DNA of 61,928 nucleotides, from positions 1-61,928 of the forward strand of contig CAWIMJ010000041.1 in the NCBI GenBank assembly GCA_963837175.1, given 5' to 3'. This document shows, one piece after another, positions 32,032 to 42,568 of the stretch. Every line of letters starts with the position of its first letter. Positions within the stretch are counted from its first letter, which is position 1. A model generated the notes under the pieces. The model saw only the letters and a program-made list of their open reading frames with translations. It was not told the origin of the DNA and ran no database searches. This DNA is from an uncultured Nitrososphaeraceae archaeon (GTDB lineage: Archaea > Thermoproteota > Nitrososphaeria > Nitrososphaerales > Nitrososphaeraceae). A program made the position numbers and the translations under genes.

Positions 32032-32797
32032 TTATAGGTCAAGTATTACATCCAATATCAATTTAATTGCAACTGCTATTAAGAAGATAGATAGCAATTT
32101 CTGCAATATCATTTCTTTTATATAGTTTGAAAGTGTAGCTCCAATCTGACCTCCGATAAAGGCTCCTGCAGCTAGAAAAAGGGCATTCAAATAGTCAGGT
32201 TTTGATAAAAGGATGTAAGTGAAAGTACCCATCAAAGAAGTGATAAACAGGATTAATTGAGAAGTAGGTGCTCGCCTTTGCCATTGTCATTTGAAATATT
32301 AAGACCATGATAGGGACAAAGATTATGCCACCTCCAATTCCAAATAAGCTCGAAATAATACCGGCAATAAAAGCTCCAATATAACATATCAAAATTGAAG
32401 TACTAGTTTTTGGTTTTTTATTAGAATTTTTCAAGATAGAATTTTTGAAAAAGATATATGTTCCTGCAAGCATTAAAAGAACAGCAAATGATAATTTGAA
32501 AAATTCTAATGATATATCAGTGGAAATAAATGCGCCAATAATTGAACCCGGAATAGAAAATATAACCATCTTTAATCCTATTCCGTAATCGATTTTTCTT
32601 TGCCTAGAATAGGCAATAGTAGACGAAGCGCTGGTTGACGTAACTGCAATCAGGCTTGTACTAGCAATTTGGGCTGGTGCAAATCCCATTAAAGTGAGAG
32701 CTGGTGTAATTATTATACCACCACCGATGCCAATAATAGAACCGACTGTGCCTGCACCTAATCCTACTAAGAATAAGAAGATAATAATATCAAACAA
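32032..32797 (-). CDS. TauE/SafE sulfite exporter family membrane protein, +1 frameshift near 32272
   Basis: Repeated GIGGG motifs, TSL; KA/APTSQLILF joins ORF 32195-32797 to ORF 32032-32235. Confidence 0.88.
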
Positions 32798-33510
32798 TTA
32801 GCAGCAGATACCTATATTGACCAAAGAATATTTTATAAACTAATAAATAATTCGCTGTCGTTCATGTCCCTGATGATTAACATATCAATTTTTCAATTCG
32901 AACCATTTATTTTACCTTTTCTAAAGATTGGCTTTTAAACATTTTTAAACCATTATATCTTTAAATTTCTAAACCTTCGTCCTTTATGAAGATGTTAAAT
33001 TAGAACTTGAGCGTTAGCGTTGTTAGACACTAACCAATCAATTATCAAATAAGAATTTTACACTGGCATTTTAATAGATAAGCAGTGTTTTTCATCTTGA
33101 TAAGTATAATCAGATAGTTGTTTCAGTTCAAGCTTTCTTTAGGGTAAATGACCTTTTGAAATTTAATGTTTAACAATAGCTTAGTATTGATACAATCCAG
33201 TTTTTAGATTGTAGTAAAATAGCATATATAGACACTTAGTTATACTTCAATAGCTTCGATTATGAAAGAGTCAGTGACTCATTCACAAAATTAATTTCAC
33301 TCCTAATGTATAATCAACTTTCAAAGTCATACAAAATAAACACGAATCATTACACTTACAAACAGCCTTTTTTTATATAATAAAAATGATTCACAGGTCT
33401 TTTAGACTAATTATATCTCAAACACTTGCAATGAAATGTATTTTCCAGCAAACATCATCATACAGTACAATTTAAACATATTAAACCCAAATCATCATCC
33501 TCTTATTAAG

Positions 33511-34527
33511 TTGCGATTGATAGTTGTCGGTTTTGGTATAGTGGGTCAAAGCTTTGCTAAATTACTTTTATCTCGCTCTGCAGATCTATTTACTCTCTAT
33601 GGTATTAAGCCCCGCATAGTAGCATGTGTAGATACAGGTGGCTGCGCCATTGCTCCTAGAGGTCTCGACCTTCAAAGATTGCTAGAAGTAAAAAAAATAA
33701 GTGGCACCGTTGGAGATTATGAAAAGAAAAGTTTGAAATTTGATCCTCTTTATGTAATTGAAAAAATGGAGGCAGAAATGCTCATTGAGTTAACTCCAAC
33801 AAATATAGAGACCGGTGAACCTGGAACGTCCAATATCATCTCAGCAATGAGATCTGGAAAACATGTTATTACTGTAAATAAAGGACCTCTTGCACTGTCT
33901 TTTCCTTCATTAATGGAATTAGCAAATTATAATGGTGTTTTGCTACGTTTTAGCGGAACTGTAGGAGGAGGTACACCAATCCTAGAATTCGCAAAACGAT
34001 GTTTAAAAGGAGACAGGATAATTTCATTTAAAGGTATTCTTAACGGAACTACAAACTACATATTAAGCAGAATGGAAGAAGGCCTGACTTTTGATAATGC
34101 GTTAAATGATGCAAAACAAAAAGGGTATGCGGAAGCGTTACCTTCTCTAGATATTGAAGGATATGACGCAGCTGCAAAACTTGTAATAATGGCAAACTTC
34201 ATTATGGGTATGAAAGTCACTATTAAGGACATACGCAGGGCCGGAATCAGTTCCGTTCATGTTTCCGATGTACGAAAAGCACAAGAAAGAGGCAATGCGA
34301 TAAAACTCCTAGCATTGTGTGATAAAAATAATTTGGATGTTAGGCCAACCGAAGTTTCGAAAAAGGATCCGATTTGTGTGGATGGTACACTAAATGCAGT
34401 TACCTTCTCCTCTGACCATTCAGGTCATCAAACGATAATTGGTCGAGGAGCTGGCGGTATGGAAACTGGTAGCGCAATCCTTCGAGACATGATCGAAATA
34501 AAGGATACAATTTTAGAATATAAATAG
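33511..34527 (+). CDS. hom: Homoserine dehydrogenase
   Basis: GFGIVG, VITVNKGP, TVGGGTP, GILNGTTNYIL, GYAEA, DAAAK and GRGAGG.ET motifs. Confidence 0.95.
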   Translation: MRLIVVGFGIVGQSFAKLLLSRSADLFTLYGIKPRIVACVDTGGCAIAPRGLDLQRLLEVKKISGTVGDYEKKSLKFDPLYVIEKMEAEMLIELTPTNIETGEPGTSNIISAMRSGKHVITVNKGPLALSFPSLMELANYNGVLLRFSGTVGGGTPILEFAKRCLKGDRIISFKGILNGTTNYILSRMEEGLTFDNALNDAKQKGYAEALPSLDIEGYDAAAKLVIMANFIMGMKVTIKDIRRAGISSVHVSDVRKAQERGNAIKLLALCDKNNLDVRPTEVSKKDPICVDGTLNAVTFSSDHSGHQTIIGRGAGGMETGSAILRDMIEIKDTILEYK

Positions 34528-34761
34528 AGCGGTTGAAAAAGATGAAAACATATGTATTATGAGATAGAAGCGACGCCTATACACAAGTTCAACAAACATT
34601 GTTAAGATTTGATATTCATCTGCGAACTTATATTGTGACCATAAAATAATTTTCGATTTCAGCATTTTAATTAATTAACTAAGGATATGACATTGGATAA
34701 TAACGATCATAGCTGTTCAGAAAATGAATCTAATATATTGTCAAAAGGATTAAAAGGCTGA

Positions 34762-35433
34762 TTGAATATTTTAGACGAGATGTATAGTGGGGAATTGGAA
34801 CTTCAAGCTAAACGTAAAGCATTAGCAGTTTTACATGATGAAATTAATAAGATTCTTAATTCAGCTAGAGAGTTGTCGACTCTTTTTTCTTCTATTATCA
34901 AAGGAGAGGAGAAAGATGTTCAAGTCTGTCTAGAGCGTATGAAGACTGATGAGGTGGATATCGAGAACCTGAGAAGAAAGATCACGCGTGAGGTTGCTGA
35001 AATAGGCAGCCTTATGGTTTCTAGAGAAGATGTATTACGGACTGCCTACATTGTAGATGATATTGCTGGCTTTATTACTGGAATTGCATTCCGACTATCG
35101 AATATAAAAATTGCTTCTATCAAAAAAGGAAAATTGGATGAAGATGTAGGGCAACTTGTAGAAATGGTTGTGGATGCTATTTTCAAATTAAATGAAATGG
35201 CTCGTGCATTGAGTATAAATCCTGCAATTACAATAGAGCTAAGCCAGGAGGTCCAAAAATTGGAACGCCAGATTGATGCCAAATATAGAACTATTATAAT
35301 GAAAGTTCTTAACGAGTTTGCCGTCACAACAGATATTTTACTTTTAAAAGATGCAGTAGAGAGTGTTGAAGGGATGGCAGATAAATGTCAAGAAGCATCT
35401 GACTCTATTACTATTCTTGCATTGAGTATGTAA
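34762..35433 (+). CDS. DUF47 / PhoU-like phosphate transport regulator family protein
   Basis: All-helical; REDVL...DDIA; LERQID..YR; VEGMADKCQEASD. Confidence 0.85.
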   Translation: MNILDEMYSGELELQAKRKALAVLHDEINKILNSARELSTLFSSIIKGEEKDVQVCLERMKTDEVDIENLRRKITREVAEIGSLMVSREDVLRTAYIVDDIAGFITGIAFRLSNIKIASIKKGKLDEDVGQLVEMVVDAIFKLNEMARALSINPAITIELSQEVQKLERQIDAKYRTIIMKVLNEFAVTTDILLLKDAVESVEGMADKCQEASDSITILALSM

Positions 35434-35984
35434 TGAACCCTGCTACTGGAAAACTAGTAGAGAATAGGATAGTTCTCTGGAATGTAGAAGAATCACGTTT
35501 AATGTTTGGTAATGGTTATTATGGCAAACCTTTAGGAATTTCAAAACCAAAAGGCACGCAATTTGATGTCCCCTTGGTTTTAGACTTAATCGAAGGTTGT
35601 TATCTAATACAGATAGGCAGATTGATGGCGTATCATGCTGATGGGAGACAAATATCACTGAGAGCAATAAAGGCAATTTGTAGAAAAGAGTACATTGATT
35701 TTGATTGCAAGTACTTGGTCTTTCGGACATTAAGAGACGCAGGTTATGTAGTCTCTCCAGGCATCAAATTTGGTTGTGATTTTGCAGTTTATGAACATGG
35801 ACCTGGCATTGACCATGCGCCTTATCTAGTTCAGGTATTCAAACAGAAGGATTATTTAACGGCAACTGGAATAGTACTTGCAGGAAGACTCGCGACAACA
35901 GTCAAAAAGCAATTCATATTGGCACTGCCGAGAATAAAAGAGAGAAAAGTTGATTTCATAGGCTTTGATTGGTGGCGTGCATAG
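35433..35984 (+). CDS. endA: tRNA-splicing endonuclease catalytic subunit
   Basis: LDLIEG.YL; LRDAGYVVSPGIKFGCDFAVY..GPGIDH; GRLATTVKK (Y-H-K triad). Confidence 0.95.
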   Translation: MNPATGKLVENRIVLWNVEESRLMFGNGYYGKPLGISKPKGTQFDVPLVLDLIEGCYLIQIGRLMAYHADGRQISLRAIKAICRKEYIDFDCKYLVFRTLRDAGYVVSPGIKFGCDFAVYEHGPGIDHAPYLVQVFKQKDYLTATGIVLAGRLATTVKKQFILALPRIKERKVDFIGFDWWRA

Positions 35985-35989
35985 GAGGA

Positions 35990-36663
35990 TTACTCCAGAT
36001 TGTTGAGAGAAAGAGAAGGAGGAATTAGCTCATCGACCGTGTTCTTTTTTAGATGCGGAAGATCAAACTTTACGAAATTTTCGCCTGAAATGGTTAAACG
36101 AATGGAGAATTTATCAGAACCATATTCTAGCCAACCCTTATATCTTATAGAGTTTTTCACGATGTCGGTGATACTCGGTTTTTTTTCATCGACTTCTTCA
36201 TAACAAGATAATATTTCGCCATACCTGATTTCCTCCTCCTTATTAAACTTAGTTAGATAATATACAAAGACAACGGTTTTTTCATAATGATTAGATGGCT
36301 TTTTATCAGCATAAAATTCCCGTAGTCCTATTTTAGTATCACTCTTTTTTAGGTCGACAGGTATTGGAGGCAAAGATGGAGATTGTTTTAAAATATGCTT
36401 ATTATTTGACTTGATCATTTTTGTTGGCAAATCAAGAGTTTTTTGCAAATTGGATTGTATGAGTTCCTGTGATTGAGACGGTAATTGTGGATCATGTTCG
36501 ATAGTTCGTCTGACGGCCTCCTTTATAGCAGACGTAAATATTTCTTCAAATTTATCTAAATGTCGATCTACAAAAGCCTCTTTACCCTCTAACTCAACAA
36601 AACCATCTTTCACATTGATTTTAAATTTCGCTTCCGGGCCACTCAATATTAATATTCGTACCA
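35990..36663 (-). CDS. Hypothetical protein with probable C-terminal winged-helix domain (start uncertain)
   Basis: N-terminal FKINVKDGFVELEG..FV, Pro/Ser linker, C-terminal LREFY..KKP..YYL..KGWL..LTISGENFV. Confidence 0.7.
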
Positions 36664-37184
36664 CTTGGGTTTTTATTAATTTGTCGGTACAATACCGTAA
36701 CGGGTAAAAAACAGGATTGCGATAAAGTACATAGTAAATATACAATTTTCAAGAAGCTTTATCCTAAGTGCTAAAATATTTTATTTCTATAAGAAATAAT
36801 TTATGCAAATAGGATAGTTGGACTATAAACTTTCCGAGTGGTTGTTGGCTCCTTATATTCGATGTAGATTAATCAACATTTGTTTTTCTAGCATAGCATT
36901 TGGATAAGCAAAGTCCCTACTCTTTTTTTAAATATTTCATATACTTTTGGTATACGTATATAATGCCCACTGTTATGATAAGCTTTTCAAGTTCAGCAAG
37001 CAAGAATGGTAAGACGTGAAATATAATACAGTTCCATATCCTATTCTGCAGAGAATCTTAGATGATAAAAGAGAAATCTATGTATATTATTTGACTAACT
37101 ATGAAATATTTTAATGCCTTTTGTCAAATGATAAATTATTCACTCATCAAGTAACTTTATTAGTATAACTACTGTGCCAAATAT

Positions 37185-38990
37185 ATGGAACAAGAAGCAT
37201 TAAACTATTCCTCGAATTATACTGGTAAAAATATAATTATAACAGGCAGTGGGACTGGAATAGGGCAAGCAATTGCTAAAAAATTTGCTGAAAATGGCGC
37301 CAATATAATTATTATGGGTAGAAGAAAAGAGCCGTTGGATAATACTACGAGAATCTTAAGTGATATTTGCGATAAGGCAGGCTACTCTGGAAGAGTGCGA
37401 TCGTTTCCAGGTATAGACGTAGCCGATGAACATGGAATTAATGAGATGTTCAAGATTATTAAAAAGGAATTTGGCAGAATTGACATCGTCGTTAATAATG
37501 CAGGTATTTCAGGTCCTGTAAAGACATTTACTAATGCAAATTATAATGACTTCAAAGAATGCGTAGCTATCCATCTCACAGGTACTTTTTGGACGTCCAT
37601 TCAGAGTCTGCAAGTAATGGAGCCAGACGCTAAGATAATTACAATTGGAACTTTCTTTACAGAAGAAAATAGATATGAGCAAAGACCATATAGATTCAGA
37701 ACTCCTTATACTGCCGCGCAAGGAGCGAAGAACAGATTGGTAGAAGCTTTAGCATGGGAATTGGTAGATAAAGGAGTTAGGTCTGTAGCCACTAATCCTG
37801 GACCAGTTCACTCTGATAGAATTTACAAAACAGTTTATCCAAAGGCAGCTGCCGAGTTCCTAAGAATTGGTGGATACTCAGGATTATCCTCAGTTGAAAT
37901 CGAAAGGGCTGCCAACAAAGCGCTACCATTACTGGGTGAAGAGGATATTACGATCAAAAATGGCATTCGTGAGATTGCAAAGGAATTGGCCAAACTACGA
38001 GAAAATGAATCTTCTGATGAAATTGAAAAACTCTTCGGTACAATTTCAAATATGCTTGCTAAGATCCAAGAAATCGCAGAGAAGATACAGAACAATACAA
38101 GTAAAATGATAGTTGATGGACAATTTCTTAGACAAGAAGACGTTGCTCAAATGGTATTGAACTTGTCTGATGAAGATATAAGTAAACTGATAAATGGAAG
38201 AATTATGCCAAATGATCACATCTTCTATCCTGTAAAGCCTATAATAGGAACATCTCTCAAAGACTATGAACCAGATAGTATAAAGAGCAAAGTTGTGGTT
38301 CTAACTACTACCTCTTCTGCCACAAAGGATCTAGATCGCGTGGAAAAATTCGCTCGAATTCTAACTTCAATTGGCGTTGAAAAAATAGTTATACTGACTG
38401 GCAATCAATCTGATCTTGTACGATTCAAGGATTTTCATAGTCATTGCATTGATTTATCCTCAGAGGAAAATGTAAGACGTATTTTTAAGACTGCCAGAAC
38501 AAAATTTGGAGCGTTAGACGCAGTAATACATTTTACCGGTGATTATGACTATGATACTTCACTTTCCTCATTAAGCAGAAAACAATGGGATTCTCTTGTT
38601 GAAAATTTTATAGATATTCCTGCCCTAATTACCAAAGAGGCAGTTAATAAAATGGCTGGCGAGATAGCAGTCGAAGACCCGATTATGTATAAAGGATCGA
38701 AAGGAGTTTTAGTAATAGTAGGTCCAGACGCTCCTACAGGGAAAAAGCTTTCTGGCGTCATCAGAGCGAGATCAGAAGTATTTAGAGGAGCTTTGAGGCC
38801 TTATACTGCAACAGTCAATCAAGAACTACGGGAGGTCCTTGGCTCGAATATTCGACTCTTTCTAATTCTCGGAGGAAATATTGAAGGAGCAAGTCCGGAT
38901 ATGGATAACCTGATGAATTCATTACTGAGTTTAATCTCAGATTCATTAAAACGAAATGAAACAATATATTACATTGACGAGGCAACTTGA
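37185..38990 (+). CDS. Tandem short-chain dehydrogenase/reductase resembling the C-terminal half of malonyl-CoA reductase
   Basis: TGSGTGIG, GRR (NADP-type), NNAGISG, YRFRTPY (YxxRxxY), NPGPVHSDR; helical insert; second degenerate Rossmann domain without Gly motif. Confidence 0.8.
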   Translation: MEQEALNYSSNYTGKNIIITGSGTGIGQAIAKKFAENGANIIIMGRRKEPLDNTTRILSDICDKAGYSGRVRSFPGIDVADEHGINEMFKIIKKEFGRIDIVVNNAGISGPVKTFTNANYNDFKECVAIHLTGTFWTSIQSLQVMEPDAKIITIGTFFTEENRYEQRPYRFRTPYTAAQGAKNRLVEALAWELVDKGVRSVATNPGPVHSDRIYKTVYPKAAAEFLRIGGYSGLSSVEIERAANKALPLLGEEDITIKNGIREIAKELAKLRENESSDEIEKLFGTISNMLAKIQEIAEKIQNNTSKMIVDGQFLRQEDVAQMVLNLSDEDISKLINGRIMPNDHIFYPVKPIIGTSLKDYEPDSIKSKVVVLTTTSSATKDLDRVEKFARILTSIGVEKIVILTGNQSDLVRFKDFHSHCIDLSSEENVRRIFKTARTKFGALDAVIHFTGDYDYDTSLSSLSRKQWDSLVENFIDIPALITKEAVNKMAGEIAVEDPIMYKGSKGVLVIVGPDAPTGKKLSGVIRARSEVFRGALRPYTATVNQELREVLGSNIRLFLILGGNIEGASPDMDNLMNSLLSLISDSLKRNETIYYIDEAT

Positions 38991-39014
38991 AAAGTGAAAA
39001 TAAAAGAAATTCTA

Positions 39015-39224
39015 CTAATGAGAATGTTCCTTAACAGGGTTTCTTCTATTCTTACGCATTGTTAACACTCCCAAGACGATAAAGGCTATTCCCATAACCA
39101 AGAGAAAGTAATCTGCAAGTAGAATCTTAGCCCAGACGGAATTAACAAGGCCCGCGTAGATAAACAGAATAGCCAAGAAAGCTAGCGCGACTCCTGTTAT
39201 TGTTTCCCCATTAATCGATGCCAT
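39015..39224 (-). CDS. Small membrane protein (2 TM)
   Basis: MASINGETITG start, two hydrophobic helices, basic tail. Confidence 0.7.
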   Translation of the reverse strand: MASINGETITGVALAFLAILFIYAGLVNSVWAKILLADYFLLVMGIAFIVLGVLTMRKNRRNPVKEHSH

Positions 39225-39553
39225 TGTAAGATGAATTTCATAAGTTGGAGTATAAATACTATCTTCTGTCAATAATTCTGTTATCACGTAGATTATTGTG
39301 TGTTTAAGATTAAATTATCTAAACGTATATTATAATTTATCATGTTTATGATTGGATTTTTATGACCATGGTAATAAGGTGCGATGATAAGTTAATCTTA
39401 CAACTAAAGCTTAATGGTCTGTTCATTTTTGTTGTTATAATATTTATAAAATTTGACCATCGTACTTATTATCAAATGAAAATAATTAAGACATGAAAAA
39501 ACGAAGCTCCATAAAAAGGCTAGTTAGAATGTATCATAGAGGCGGGGGTAAAA

Positions 39554-39772
39554 ATGTCTAGGAGGCTTACAGTGTTTGCATTCTGGATAGTTGGTTTTGG
39601 AATTGGGTTCGCAGCGTATTTATCACTTCCTAGTATTACTCAATGGTTCTCAGCAAATATGCCGGACTTTCTGAACCAGACAGTCGTAGGTGCATTAATT
39701 ACAGGAATTATAGGATCAGCGGTTAGTACCTTTACAGTAATAACATGGGCTAACAAGACAAGTCAGACCTAA
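39554..39772 (+). CDS. Small membrane protein (2 TM)
   Basis: Two Gly-rich hydrophobic helices; purine-rich GAGGCGGGG upstream of ATG. Confidence 0.75.
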   Translation: MSRRLTVFAFWIVGFGIGFAAYLSLPSITQWFSANMPDFLNQTVVGALITGIIGSAVSTFTVITWANKTSQT

Positions 39773-39839
39773 TTTTATAGTTTCTCATTTTATTACCCAA
39801 TACTAATTTACAGCCGTTGACATAGTTATTATAATATAA

Positions 39840-40450
39840 TATTGAAGTTATACTAAATTTAAAAGGATATACAGAAAAAGGCATGACGTTCCCTATAGAT
39901 GGTTTGAATTAAAAGTTTTATTCATTGATGTGCTAATATTTCTGATGAAATTACCGCAATTAATATTGTTCTTTTCATTTATATTTCCGGAACTTTAGAG
40001 GAGCTAAGAAGAACATCAAGAATGGCAGCTCCAACTATTGCAGTAATAGGAAACGAAAAAGATATCAAGCAGTAGATCTCTTTCTTGAAATACTAATGAA
40101 AAGATAGAGATACCGCTGACTGATTCCAATCAGATATGCATCATTATTTCTAATTGTTTATGAGCTGATTTCAATAACCTGTTTTCATATAATATTATTA
40201 TTGTCAGTTAAAAATTTTATTGTGATGGATAGGACAACCTAAAATAAAAAGAAGGTAGAAATAATGATATAAATGATAACCCAATGATGGTCGTGATTAT
40301 TGTCTAAGATAACGTCATATCTATGGTTCCAGTGTTCAAAGAGTATCCGTTGCAATTCAGAAAATCCAAATGTGCTAGACTTGAAATTGATAGACAATTC
40401 GTTAGGCCCCTTTAATTAACCATAAAATTATAACATGTAAATATTTATCA
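39840..40450 (-). pseudogene. uppP: Degraded undecaprenyl-diphosphate phosphatase (BacA/UppP)
   Basis: Minus-strand fragments in order: LHVIILWLIK/GLTNCLSISSLAHL (cf. QGLTEFLPISSSGHL), H.GT, DAYLIGISQ, SFPITAIVGAAILD; many stops, frameshifts and deletions. Confidence 0.7.
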
Positions 40451-41332
40451 TACGTATACCTATTACAGGTAACGCTTTGCAAACACTAACCAATCTGCGG
40501 TTATACAGAGAATAAATGGTTGCTTCATTAAACAACAGAAATTCGAAATCGAATCCATTGTTCTTTGAATCAATGGTATTATGGCAGTTAAATGAGGAAA
40601 ATTGTATTTAATCCACTCAATAGCGAGTTGCTTGTTTCCACAGGAATATTCGACCTTTCTTATCTCCATAATCATTGCTCCGAATATTGACTTTTGTACA
40701 TGTACTAATTGGAGGGATATGGCATAAGAATAATGATAGATATGTTTCTTTTATATCTTAACTTTTATTGTAGTGTTATACCGTAATTTAATCCACAACG
40801 GTATATTAGGTATCATTTTTATATAATCACAAGTAGGCATGTATATTCTACATTATCTCATTCCATAAAAGGTAAGCTCGAGAGACGGCATTATACTAAT
40901 CAATTCCGTGCATTCAAGGAAGCTTTAATGATTCATTCAGATCTAATAATAGAAATATCCTGAACTAGTTCTGAGATTCTTAGAGTTTTTCTGTGGCATT
41001 TTTATAGTTTGTCAATTTGTGCATAAAAATGAAGATAATAAGGATAATGGCTGTTATTCCATAATCATTATAGAATGCTTCAGTTTACAACCCCAAATTC
41101 TACCAACATCACTCATAAGCTCTGTTAAGACTTAGGATTATAAAATTATTCTTTATCCAAAGTATCATAGTCTTAATCGATTCAAGCAGTATTAATCGTG
41201 ATTGTAAAGGTGGAAGATTTGATTTAGTATTCTACAATTAGTAGAGATGAGAATCCACCGAAGATCGAAGGGTATATTGAATACATTTTCTCTCTAATAG
41301 AGTAATCGTTATTGCACTTATATTAACCAACG

Positions 41333-42331
41333 TTAAATTGGAGAAAATAATGCTAAGTCATACCAATTTTTTTTATCTATAAAATTCTTTTCCACTTTAA
41401 AGCCGCTATCATCCGCTAGAACAGATATCTGCTTTAGCGTATACTTATATGAGTTTTCTGTATGAATTGTCTCATTCTGTTTGAAGGAAAATTTCTCACC
41501 GAGGCTGCGGATTTTAACTTGTTGATCTGACTTTGACAACAGATGCATCTCCATCCGTGACTCATTCTCATTATAAAAAGCTAAATGCTCAAAATCTCTG
41601 ACATTGAAGTCTCCTCCTAATTCCCTATTTATTCTACTTAACACATTTAAATTGAAATTTGCTGTTATTCCAGCTCTGTCATTATAAGCTGCTTCAATTG
41701 TCTTTGTGTTTTTTTGAAGATCAAAACCTATCAATAACGTATCTTGTATGGTCATTTTATGCCTTATAATTCTTAGAAAATTTATCGCCTCGTTAGGTTC
41801 AAAATTTCCTATACTTGAACCTAGAAACAGAATCAGCATTTTCTTTGGGACATTTTGGTTTGAGTTGATGAAATCTCTGACTTTTAGTATACCTTCAACA
41901 TAATCAGAGGCAATGCCCTTGATGTTTAAATGAGAGAGATCAGTAGAAAGTTTATGTATAGTGCCATATAGAATAGTATGAGATACGTCAATAGGAAAAT
42001 AATAGAGTGGTTTTTGTTTCGACAAAAAATGTTCGAGAAGAATTCTTGTTTTATCAGAACTTCCACTTCCAAGCTCCAATATACTTATACGATTATCATT
42101 TTGCATCTTTACAATATTAGGTGAAAAATCCCGTAGGATGATTCGTTCAGTTCTGGTAAGATAATATTCTTGTTGAAGGCAGATTTTCTCAAAAAGTAAC
42201 GATCCTATTTCATCATATAGATATATGGGTTTTAATTTTTTTTTGGAGCTCCGCAAGCCTTCTCTGACGTCTTGTGCAAATTCAGAAATCAATTGAGAGT
42301 TGGCTGTTTTATGAATAAACATTTTCGTCAC
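41333..42331 (-). CDS. egtD: L-histidine N-alpha-methyltransferase (EgtD family)
   Basis: LYDEIGS.LFEKIC.QQEYYLTRTE, ELGSGS..KT, FLGSSIGNF, AAYND..G.TA.FNLN, RMEMHL and IHTENSYKY motifs. Confidence 0.92.
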   Translation of the reverse strand: MTKMFIHKTANSQLISEFAQDVREGLRSSKKKLKPIYLYDEIGSLLFEKICLQQEYYLTRTERIILRDFSPNIVKMQNDNRISILELGSGSSDKTRILLEHFLSKQKPLYYFPIDVSHTILYGTIHKLSTDLSHLNIKGIASDYVEGILKVRDFINSNQNVPKKMLILFLGSSIGNFEPNEAINFLRIIRHKMTIQDTLLIGFDLQKNTKTIEAAYNDRAGITANFNLNVLSRINRELGGDFNVRDFEHLAFYNENESRMEMHLLSKSDQQVKIRSLGEKFSFKQNETIHTENSYKYTLKQISVLADDSGFKVEKNFIDKKNWYDLALFSPI

Positions 42332-42409
42332 CTGAGATTCAATAATATTATCTCTGCACTAATTAAATCATACTCTTCATGAATGATTTTCCATTAATGT
42401 ATTAATAGC

Positions 42410-42568
42410 TTAACATAATCCTCTTCTTTGAATTTTCGCTTTTTTTATAATCATCATCAATATTTCTCTACTTGGGTTATCTGTTGCACTTTCTATCCAA
42501 GTTTTGACATTATATTCATCCTTATAAATTCTTACCATATTTACCAGCACTACGTTTGTTGATTTCAT
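42410..42568 (-). CDS. Possible 52-aa small protein
   Basis: ATG overlaps the upstream stop (ATGA); MKSTNVVLV...KIQRRGLC; no recognisable motif. Confidence 0.3.
   Translation of the reverse strand: MKSTNVVLVNMVRIYKDEYNVKTWIESATDNPSREILMMIIKKAKIQRRGLC

Noticed and set aside
406-38761. Many ORF-track entries antisense to or nested in core genes (e.g. 2565-3014, 15437-15739, 15745-16098, 20379-20741, 22257-22664, 23737-24099)
   Set aside because: Shadow frames of well-supported genes; no motifs of their own
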